In this document: positions 17,627 through 24,412 of the stretch, in pieces
How the letters are laid out: the number at the start of each line of letters is the position of its first letter
Numbering within the stretch: the first letter of the stretch is position 1
NCBI GenBank assembly: GCA_031082285.1
Contig: JAVHLK010000076.1
Coordinates: 1 to 24,412, forward strand
Origin: Desulfomonilaceae bacterium
GTDB lineage: Bacteria > Desulfobacterota > Desulfomonilia > Desulfomonilales > Desulfomonilaceae
Length of the DNA stretch: 24,412 nucleotides
Reading direction: 5' to 3'
Program-made: the position numbers and the translations under genes
Notes under the pieces: model-generated
What the model was told of the DNA's origin: nothing
Database searches by the model: none
The model's input: the letters and a program-made list of their open reading frames with translations, nothing else

Positions 17627-17655
17627 ATCATACAGATGTGCGTGAGTGCGGTCAA
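17627..17655 (-). promoter_or_regulatory. Sigma70-like promoter TTGACC-N17-TATGAT (minus strand) for the adaptor-RND operon
   Basis: Reverse complement of 17650-17655 (ggtcaa) and 17627-17632 (atcata) with a 17-nt spacer. It would give a ~215-nt leader containing a CTTCAC...GTGAAG palindrome. Confidence 0.45.
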
Positions 17656-17762
17656 TGTCGGCGGTAGTTGTTCAAGAGCATTGGTTGGTGCGCGGCAGGC
17701 TGGATGAAACAGTCTCACATTTATGTAATCGTGTACCTCACGCATGAATCAGCTCACTTGGT

Positions 17763-18908
17763 TCACCGAGTTACGTTAAGTGGATCCCGAGTCCAAAGCC
17801 GGTGAATGCCGTGCCGGATATGGTCCTGATACCGAAATGTGAGGAAACCCAGTACAAGAGGGAAGAAGCAGCATAGGAAAAAGAACAACGCTACGGAAGT
17901 AAGGTCGACTCCCAGGAAATCCTCTGCAATTCTGCTGAAGTCCATCCAATGACCGCCGCCTTTTGCCTGCTCGTACTCCAGCCGGGCGCTGTGACTGGTC
18001 ATCAGTTTGAACGCGAATCGGATGTCCGAAAAGACTATGAACAGCGCGATCGCGCAGTAGAGCGGTCGTTCCACGGAATGCACCACCGCGGCTCCGCTCA
18101 AGGCCCGGTAGAAGAAGATCGCTGCTATGATCAACTCCGTCCCGTGCCCCATAAAGAGGATCACGACCTCGTGGAAATAGGTCAGGGAAAGGAGGAGATG
18201 GACGATTGACACGACCGTGAGCAATACCAGAGTAGACGCGTTCCTTCGGTACGTGAAAATCATGAACGCCAGGCCCGAATAGATGAGGATGAGGAGCACC
18301 ACGGATCTCTGAGTATGCAGCGTAATTCCGCCCCCATAGTGCAAGTCGAATGCCGGGACGGAAGGGTACGCGAACACCCAACCCGTCAGAGTGTGACCCA
18401 TTTCGTGAACAAGGATGACCAACGTCATGAAGATGTGATTCAACAAGGGAAACATCATGACGACCATCGTAATGACCAGTCCGGAACCCAGTACGATCCA
18501 GTCGTCCCGATCCATGCTCCTCGGTTCCGGGATGAGATCCTCGTCTTGGTCCGCATAATCGAGTTCGCCGGACTCTGCTGCGAACTCCAAATCCTCCCTC
18601 GTCTCACCACTCCCGGCCCTGCGGGGAGATTGGCTCGAACTGGGCAAGATCCCGACATGGGGTACGCGGTGAGATTCCTTGCCGGTCTGTCGACCGGTTT
18701 CACCTTCGGTTCCCGTCGAACCACGTCGGGCCTCTGCACGGCCGATTCGGGACCGGTCCATCTCCCGCGGCCGAGGTTCATACGAGGTTGTATGAGCTTG
18801 TTCGACCATCCGTGGGGGAGATATGCCCAGCTTAGAGAAGACAATTCCACATCTGTCGCACTCAAGGTTGGCATCGGATTGCGTGAATCCGCACTTGGGA
18901 CATTTCAT
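17763..18908 (-). CDS. N-terminal zinc-ribbon protein fused to a polytopic membrane domain carrying an intramembrane HExxH motif (site-2-protease / M50-like metalloprotease)
   Basis: MKCPKCGFTQSDANLECDRCG ribbon; ~120-aa acidic/disordered linker; then 6+ TM helices with LVILVHEMGHTLTGW in a helix, plus downstream AFDLHYGGG and FMGHGTE. I chose the ATG at 18908. Confidence 0.75.
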   Translation of the reverse strand: MKCPKCGFTQSDANLECDRCGIVFSKLGISPPRMVEQAHTTSYEPRPREMDRSRIGRAEARRGSTGTEGETGRQTGKESHRVPHVGILPSSSQSPRRAGSGETREDLEFAAESGELDYADQDEDLIPEPRSMDRDDWIVLGSGLVITMVVMMFPLLNHIFMTLVILVHEMGHTLTGWVFAYPSVPAFDLHYGGGITLHTQRSVVLLILIYSGLAFMIFTYRRNASTLVLLTVVSIVHLLLSLTYFHEVVILFMGHGTELIIAAIFFYRALSGAAVVHSVERPLYCAIALFIVFSDIRFAFKLMTSHSARLEYEQAKGGGHWMDFSRIAEDFLGVDLTSVALFFFLCCFFPLVLGFLTFRYQDHIRHGIHRLWTRDPLNVTR

Positions 18909-18937
18909 GCTCTTGTCCTTAAGCCGGCGTCTCCCGA

Positions 18938-18965
18938 ATTGTACGGGCACACACGATGTGTTCAA
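18938..18965 (-). promoter_or_regulatory. Sigma70-like promoter TTGAAC-N16-TACAAT (minus strand) just upstream of the Zn-ribbon protease gene
   Basis: Reverse complement of 18960-18965 and 18938-18943, 16-nt spacer, ~25-30 nt to the ATG. Confidence 0.35.
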
Positions 18966-19242
18966 CAACGTGAAACGGGCCGGGACCCGTTATTGCTTCC
19001 GAGCACCACGTCGCTACTCGGGCGCCGACATCTCGGTATCAAGAAAAGAGATACCACCGAGTCGTAGGGATGATTTCCCCGGTCACGCTGGGCGCACGTA
19101 CCACACCCAAGGAGCGGAAGCCCAACGATCCGTTGCATTTTTCGTATACCCTGCTCGCCGGAGCTTGTCGAGACCTTCCCAGAGGGACACTTCAGGGTTG
19201 AAAGAGCGATTCCGTAGTTCTGACGGGCTCGCTCGTCCATTG

Positions 19243-19686
19243 TCAGAACCTCCGTATTAATACGATCCCTGCCATGATAAGCGCCACTCCCACCAATCTC
19301 CAGGTTGATGTGGGGTGCAACGGATAGCCGAGGAGGCCATAGTGATCGAGGAATATGGACGCGACCATCTGTCCTGCGAGGAGGGACGCCATCATGGTTG
19401 CAGCTCCCAGTTTGGGCACGAGGAATATTGTGACGGCAACGAAAAATGCTCCAAGGCTTCCCCCTGTCCACACCCACCACGGCAGACCGAGAAATACCTT
19501 GGCCGACGGCCATGATATCCGCAAGATCGCGGAATAGGCCAGCAGAGTGAGTGTTCCCACGGCAAAGGAAATCAGGGCGGCCAGGATCGAACTTCCCGCG
19601 GCCGTGCCGAGCCGGCTGTTGATTCCGGCCTGAATGGGAGTACACGATCCGGCTGCAATAGCCAATAGTACGTATACCAACTCCAT
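19243..19686 (-). CDS. DUF606 (YdcZ-like) / DMT-superfamily small inner-membrane transporter
   Basis: Four to five TM helices, opening MELVYVLLAIAAGSCTPIQAGINSRLG, ~147 aa from the ATG at 19686 (GGAGA 3-4 nt upstream). Confidence 0.7.
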   Translation of the reverse strand: MELVYVLLAIAAGSCTPIQAGINSRLGTAAGSSILAALISFAVGTLTLLAYSAILRISWPSAKVFLGLPWWVWTGGSLGAFFVAVTIFLVPKLGAATMMASLLAGQMVASIFLDHYGLLGYPLHPTSTWRLVGVALIMAGIVLIRRF

Positions 19687-19794
19687 GGTCTCCATTACCT
19701 CGTCATCACTCGACATGCCGACGCGATCGGGGTTGCTTTGTCCGTGCCGCACCGGTTATCCTGTTCTTGGAACGCTTTTCTGCAGGGCCTCATC

Positions 19795-21111
19795 ATGGTC
19801 GACCTCACGATCGTTTCAGTTACGTTTGTCGCCGTCTACCTGTTGCAGACGATCCTCTGCGTCTGGTTGGAAGCGATCAACATACGGCACCTCGTGCGCA
19901 ATGCGGACAAAATACCCGATTCGCTTAAGAGTGTCATCGACCCTGGGAAGCTGTCCCGCATGAATGCCTATACGGCGGACAAGAGTCGTCTCTTCCTGAT
20001 GCGAAAAGTCGTTTTCGATGCGCTTCTGCTCGCGCTCATTGTGTCGGGATTCCTGTGGCGCATCGATTATGGACCGGTACTTTGGGAATCAAGCCTTGTC
20101 CTTGGAGGAATCATCTTCTTTCTCATGGTCGGGGCCGGCTTCTTCATCCTGGATCTTCCGTTCGATTACTATCACACCTTTGCGATCGAAGAGAAATACG
20201 GCTTCAACCGCTCCGATCTGCAGACTTGGGTACTCGACCATGCTAAGGGATTGGTACTATCCGCAATTATCCTGGTTGCCTTGTCGGCGCCGGTCCTGTG
20301 GGTCATACAAATATCGCCGAACTACTGGTGGTTCTGGGCATTCATTATCGTCTCCTGTGCTCAGTTGACAATCCTGGTGCTCTATCCGGTAGCGATCGCG
20401 CCGATCTTCAACAAGTTCAACCCCCTGGAGGACGAAGTTCTCGCGGTCAAGACCGTGAATCTCCTCAACCGGGCGGGATTGAAGGCCGGCGGGGTCTTTC
20501 AAATGGATGCGGGCAGACGGAGCGCGCATTCCAATGCATTCTTCACGGGCATAGGCCGAACGAAGCGGATCGTGCTCTTTGACACGCTCTTGGCTTCACA
20601 CACTCACGACGAGATTCTTGCCGTCCTCGCGCACGAGATCGGTCACCTCAAACTGGGACATGTGGTACGGTCATACGTGTACGGCCAGGTTGTTCTTCTC
20701 GCGGGATTCTATCTCACCCACACGGTAATGAACTGGAATCTTCCGTACATGACCTTCGGTTTTTCAGCCTCCCAACCATATGTCGCACTCTTCCTCCTCG
20801 GGGTGTTCTGGCAACGGCTGGGGTATCTGGTCGCTCCGGTCTATCTTGCCGTATCACGGCACTTCGAACGCCGCGCCGACGAGTTTGCAGCCGACCTTCT
20901 ACGGAACCCGGAGCCGCTCTCCGAAGCCTTGAAGAGGATGGCGAGCGACAACCTTCCGAATCTGAACCCTCACCCTCTCTATGTCTGTTTCAACTATTCG
21001 CATCCGCCCATACCCGAACGTCTCTCTCTGCTCGGGAAATGGACCGCGGCGGACACGCCCGCTGAGGTATGCGGCCCCGAGGCCCCCCCCGTGGGGAAAG
21101 GGGGAGAGTGA
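19795..21111 (+). CDS. Ste24-type CAAX-prenyl-protease homologue (peptidase M48A)
   Basis: Seven TM helices; HEIGHLKLGH HExxH motif; downstream glutamate in FERRADEFAADLL; C-terminal NYSHPPIPERL matching the Ste24 end motif. Start at the ATG at 19795 (MVDLTIV...). Confidence 0.85.
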   Translation: MVDLTIVSVTFVAVYLLQTILCVWLEAINIRHLVRNADKIPDSLKSVIDPGKLSRMNAYTADKSRLFLMRKVVFDALLLALIVSGFLWRIDYGPVLWESSLVLGGIIFFLMVGAGFFILDLPFDYYHTFAIEEKYGFNRSDLQTWVLDHAKGLVLSAIILVALSAPVLWVIQISPNYWWFWAFIIVSCAQLTILVLYPVAIAPIFNKFNPLEDEVLAVKTVNLLNRAGLKAGGVFQMDAGRRSAHSNAFFTGIGRTKRIVLFDTLLASHTHDEILAVLAHEIGHLKLGHVVRSYVYGQVVLLAGFYLTHTVMNWNLPYMTFGFSASQPYVALFLLGVFWQRLGYLVAPVYLAVSRHFERRADEFAADLLRNPEPLSEALKRMASDNLPNLNPHPLYVCFNYSHPPIPERLSLLGKWTAADTPAEVCGPEAPPVGKGGE

Positions 21112-21385
21112 TCTTTCGTCCGAATCGTGACGCGGACAGTCGGAAGGCCCGGATCCGTGGGCATGCGTAGGCTGTGTTGACGGAATTGTTGTGAGGCAGG
21201 GTATGCCTCCCCGAATGATTTCGTAAAGAGTTCCGTCAGGAGGTTTCGATTGATGAGAAGCCGCGCCGAACCGGATATAACAGTTTGTCCGATCGCGACT
21301 CTGTTGTAGAATCGTACCGGTCGGCTCAGGTTCTCCTCACCGACGACGGAATGGTACATTTCTGCGATATTGCGCGGAGGAAGGG

Positions 21386-22054
21386 GTGAGTCCGATGGAC
21401 GTCTGGTGGGAAGGTTTGACATTACTGACGAAGGCGTTTGCCGTAGCCGCTCTATTCTGCTCGGTCCTGTTTCTGTGGCAGATCGTAAGCATTCTGATCG
21501 GTTTCGACTCGGAAGGGCACACTCACGCCGCGCACGGCGGGGTCGATCATGCCGTGGGTGGAGCAACTGACGGGTCTCATGCAAATCACGGTCACGCCGC
21601 GGCCGACCACGCTCGTCACGACCTTGGAGGTCAGGCGGCTTTCACGTTGGTTTCCGTACGTTCGGTGATCGCGTTTGCCACACTGTTCACCTGGGCGGGA
21701 ACTCTCTATCTCATGTCCGGGACCTCGGTGCTGCTGAGCCTGGTGTACAGTCTGGTCTGGGGCGGAGCCGCGATGTTTGCGGTATCGTACCTGGTCTACA
21801 AATTGGTGCAACTCCAAGAGACGGGAAACGTGTCGCTTTGGAGTTCCATTGGTGAAGAGGGATCGGTGTACATGAATATACCCGCGGGAGGAACGGGAAA
21901 GGTTCGGGTACTGGTCGGCGGCGTCATGGGCTACGTCAATGCACGAACGCCCGGAGACGTCGCCCTGACCGAAGGAACCAAGGTGCGCGTCACCCGGGTT
22001 ATCGACGACAACACCGTAGAAGTGGTATCACTGGAAAATGTGAAGGAGGGATGA
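21386..22054 (+). CDS. Short NfeD-family membrane protein (YuaF/YqiJ-like), with a His-rich loop between TM1 and TM2
   Basis: Three TM helices plus a C-terminal OB-fold-like tail (GKVRVLVGG...GTKVRVTRVIDDNTVEV). Its stop overlaps the RBS/start of the flotillin gene. Confidence 0.8.
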   Translation: MSPMDVWWEGLTLLTKAFAVAALFCSVLFLWQIVSILIGFDSEGHTHAAHGGVDHAVGGATDGSHANHGHAAADHARHDLGGQAAFTLVSVRSVIAFATLFTWAGTLYLMSGTSVLLSLVYSLVWGGAAMFAVSYLVYKLVQLQETGNVSLWSSIGEEGSVYMNIPAGGTGKVRVLVGGVMGYVNARTPGDVALTEGTKVRVTRVIDDNTVEVVSLENVKEG

Positions 22055-22055
22055 G

Positions 22056-23579
22056 ATGGCCGTTGCGTTCGCGTTGACGTTCATTCTGGCACTGCTGTTG
22101 ATCTCGATCTTATGGCTGTTCGTTCGCCGGTACAAGCGGTGCCCGTCGAACAGGATCCTTGTAGTATACGGCCGCACGGGGAAGGGTGCCGCCAGGTGCG
22201 TCCACGGCGGCGCGGCGTTTGTGTGGCCCGTCCTGCAATCGTATGCCTGGCTTGACCTGGAACCTTTCGTCGTGCCCATCGACCTTGACAGCGCTCTATC
22301 CCAAGAGAACATACGCGTGTCCGTTCCGACGACCGTGACCGCCGCGATCAGTACGGAAGAAGGAATCATGCAGAACGCGGCGATCCGATTGCTCGGCCAA
22401 ACCCGGGAGGATGTTCAGAAGCAGGCTCAGGACATCATTCTCGGTCAGATGCGCGCGGTGATCGCGACCATGGAGATTGAGGAGATCAATCGGGATCGCC
22501 AGGCATTCATGGCAAAGGTGAATGAGGCCGTGTCGGTGGAATTGGAGAAGATCGGCCTGTCCGTAATCAATGTCAACATCAAGGATATCGAAGACGAGAG
22601 TGGATACATCGAGGCCTTAGGGAGGAAAGCCGCTGCTGAAGCAATCAACCAAGCGCTGGTCGATGTTGCGGAGCAGGAAAAGCTCGGTAAGAGCGGAGTG
22701 GCGGAGAGAGAGCGCGATCGCCGCAAAGCGGTCGCTCTGGCCGAAGCCCAGGCATCGATTGGAGAAACCGAGGCCGATCGCGACAAACGGCGTTCCGTGG
22801 CGGCCGCAAATTCCGAAGCTTCCGTGGGTGAGGCCGAGGCGGAGCGTACTCGTCGACAGCAAACCGCGCTGCTGGATGCGGAGGCGGTATCCACCGAAAC
22901 GGAGGCCAATGCCAAGATGGCCTCGTACAGGGCCGCTCAAATAGTTGCCGAGGAGGAAGCCCGGGCAAAAGGACAGTCAGCCGCCATGAAAGCGGACGGT
23001 GCAATTCGAGTAGCTCAGGAAGAAGCCCACAAGGCCGCGGAAGAAGCAAAGGGGAGACGAGAAGAGGCTCGGCTTCGCGCGGAGGTCGTCGTTCCTGCGG
23101 AAGCCGAGAAGCAGAAGGCCGTGGTGGAAGCCGACGCTGAACGACAACGGAGCGTGCTCATGGCGGAAGGTGCGGCAAAAGCCAGACTGGTCCAGATGGA
23201 AGCGGAGGCCAAGGGGGTTCAGGCGATCCTGGACGGCAAGGCCGCCGGCTACAAGTCACTGGTGGACGCATGCGGAGGGGAGGCGTCTTTGACGGCTGCA
23301 TTGCTGCTCATCGAAAAGTTGACGGAAGTCTCTCAGATTCAGGCGGAGGCGGTCAAGAATCTCCCCATCGAGAAGATCGTGGTGTGGGACGGAGGGAACA
23401 GCGGCGGACTGGCAAACCTGGGAAGTCGGTTCATGAGCGTGCTGCCGCCCATGCACGACCTCGCCAAGATGGTGGGTCTGGAACTGCCCGAGTATTTGGG
23501 TAAGGCCACACCGTCCCAAGAGGCGGGCTCCGCGAAGAACAACGACGATCCTGCGAGCTCCGTAGAGAAAAAGTCGTGA
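22056..23579 (+). CDS. Flotillin-like SPFH/band-7 protein (FloT/YqiK/YuaG family)
   Basis: N-terminal membrane hairpin, SPFH core, then ~200 aa of Glu/Ala-rich repeats and a conserved C-terminal region. GGAGGG RBS inside the NfeD stop region. Confidence 0.9.
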   Translation: MAVAFALTFILALLLISILWLFVRRYKRCPSNRILVVYGRTGKGAARCVHGGAAFVWPVLQSYAWLDLEPFVVPIDLDSALSQENIRVSVPTTVTAAISTEEGIMQNAAIRLLGQTREDVQKQAQDIILGQMRAVIATMEIEEINRDRQAFMAKVNEAVSVELEKIGLSVINVNIKDIEDESGYIEALGRKAAAEAINQALVDVAEQEKLGKSGVAERERDRRKAVALAEAQASIGETEADRDKRRSVAAANSEASVGEAEAERTRRQQTALLDAEAVSTETEANAKMASYRAAQIVAEEEARAKGQSAAMKADGAIRVAQEEAHKAAEEAKGRREEARLRAEVVVPAEAEKQKAVVEADAERQRSVLMAEGAAKARLVQMEAEAKGVQAILDGKAAGYKSLVDACGGEASLTAALLLIEKLTEVSQIQAEAVKNLPIEKIVVWDGGNSGGLANLGSRFMSVLPPMHDLAKMVGLELPEYLGKATPSQEAGSAKNNDDPASSVEKKS

Positions 23580-23719
23580 CCCGGGAACGTCCATTTGCTT
23601 CTTCCGGCGGAGACGAGTGCAGCCGGTTTCTCCGCTTCGAAACGGTGGGCCGGGCGGACCATGAGCAAAACGAATTGCTCGGGCGGTGATATCTCGCTCG
23701 ACACATGAGGGAAAGAGTT

Positions 23720-23932
23720 ATGCGAGACAATCAAAGGGTTATAAAGATATTCGAGTACGCGATGAACCAGGAGCTCACAGGTCTGAACTTTTTCCGGACC
23801 TCGTTGCAGCGTATGGGCGTAGGTGCGGCGGTTACGGCTTTCAACCGTCTCATCGAAGAAGAGTTAAATCATGTGAGTTTCATAAGCCAAATCCTCGAGG
23901 ATCTGAGGGGAGGGCGGGAAATTAACGAATAG
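23720..23932 (+). CDS. Mini ferritin-like / rubrerythrin-like half-domain protein (~70 aa) with E...ExxH metal-binding pattern
   Basis: IKIFEYAMNQELTGLNFF ... AFNRLIEEELNHVSFISQ gives one E-x(n)-ExxH helix pair. GAGGGAAAG lies 6-9 nt upstream of the ATG at 23720. Confidence 0.45.
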   Translation: MRDNQRVIKIFEYAMNQELTGLNFFRTSLQRMGVGAAVTAFNRLIEEELNHVSFISQILEDLRGGREINE

Positions 23933-23933
23933 G

Positions 23934-23969
23934 CGTTTGTGAGAGTCGCGAAGCGCATTCTCACAAACG
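23934..23969. terminator. Perfect 11-bp stem hairpin (CGTTTGTGAGA / TCTCACAAACG, 14-nt loop) immediately after the ferritin-like ORF stop
   Basis: Read directly. No U-tract on the plus side, a weak T-rich run on the minus side; could be a bidirectional terminator. Confidence 0.4.
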
Positions 23970-24253
23970 GCGGGTTGGACTAAGCCGCGCGGTGGTGGGA
24001 GAGTCTATGGGGATTGAATCAGTTTTGGGCTTTTACGAGCGGTGGGGGGTGCTGGTTGGCCGGTAGGGCAAAGGGGTGAATTGGGTCAGGCGGGGCAGGC
24101 AAGAGGTCGCGGATGGGTGAGTTACGTGGCTGCGAGAAGCAGAAGGTCATTGAGGGATAGTCAAACATCGCGCACCTGTAGGGATGGCCGCCAGTGTTGA
24201 GGCGGTTTTGATGAGCGTATGTACCAGGACTTCGGGTTGGGAAGTCAGGATAA

Positions 24254-24412
24254 TCATGATGAATCCAGGAATAGAGGAACGGTTGGGAAAGGGGTTGTTT
24301 CATGGAGGATTGAGAGCGGTTGCCGGATCAGCCGGCCCTTGCCGCATTGGGGGCACACAGTGAGATCTACTCCGGTGACCTGGAAGAAGATCTCCCGCCA
24401 TGTGCGGTCCGG
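24254..24412 (-). CDS. C-terminal 52-codon fragment of a minus-strand ORF running off the window end; contains CPQCGKG (half of a zinc ribbon)
   Basis: Reverse-complement frame is open from 24412 to a TGA at 24256-24254 (...REIFFQVTGVDLTVCPQCGKGRLIRQPL...). It is absent from the ORF track because there is no Met in the window. Identity is unknown; possibly a mobile-element or nucleic-acid-binding protein. Confidence 0.3.
   Translation of the reverse strand, partial: PDRTWREIFFQVTGVDLTVCPQCGKGRLIRQPLSILHETTPFPTVPLFLDSS

Noticed and set aside
18962-19645. 227-aa minus ORF spanning the DUF606 gene in another frame
   Set aside because: Only its last 92 codons (after the DUF606 stop) are considered as a candidate, reported in findings. 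The upstream part overlaps a convincing TM protein and is rejected.
24060-24130. Resemblance of GGTCAGG...CAGGCAAGAGG to the SRP RNA helix-8 region
   Set aside because: The conserved GGAAGGAAGCAGC core of 4.5S RNA is absent.
24019-24303. 94-aa minus-strand ORF (MKQPLSQPF...) inside the G-rich island
   Set aside because: Pro/His-rich translation produced by the C-rich complementary strand, no RBS (CCTCC precedes the ATG), and it overlaps the real C-terminal fragment frame.
1-24412. CRISPR arrays, rRNA, tRNA, IS elements with terminal inverted repeats
   Set aside because: No regularly spaced direct repeats, no rRNA/tRNA consensus blocks and no complete transposase seen. Only the edge CxxC fragment hints at a possible mobile element beyond the window.

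Overview
This is a high-GC (~58-60%) bacterial chromosomal window, gene-dense on both strands. About 20 protein-coding genes can be supported, and I found no rRNA, tRNA or CRISPR. The PhoH, 7TM-HD, YbeY, ferredoxin-nitroreductase and flotillin content suggests an anaerobic Deltaproteobacteria/Desulfobacterota-like organism, but this is an inference. Genes in order: MazG (minus); a phoH - 7TM-HD (PgpH/YqfF-like) - ybeY operon (plus); a small membrane protein and a small lipoprotein (both weak calls); a 2x[4Fe-4S] ferredoxin-nitroreductase fusion (minus); a Zn-ribbon membrane protein with Ca-binding-like loops (plus); an orphan cobO/btuR (minus); a small acidic protein followed by an osmoprotectant-type ABC transporter, ATPase plus fused permease/substrate-binding protein (plus). 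On the minus strand there is a cluster of a DUF606/DMT transporter, an N-terminal Zn-ribbon HExxH intramembrane metalloprotease (M50-like), a long-coiled-coil periplasmic adaptor and an RND pump, with no outer-membrane factor in the window. On the plus strand follow a Ste24-type M48 protease, a short NfeD with a His-rich loop, a flotillin, and a 70-aa ferritin-like half-domain protein. The window ends with a G/T-rich, C-depleted non-coding stretch and a partial minus-strand CxxC ORF that runs off the window edge. The most interesting candidates are the protease/adaptor/RND cluster, the M48-NfeD-flotillin neighbourhood and the terminal G-rich island. Several sigma70-like promoters and hairpins were read by eye. 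All family assignments come from motif recognition in the translated ORFs, not from database searches.
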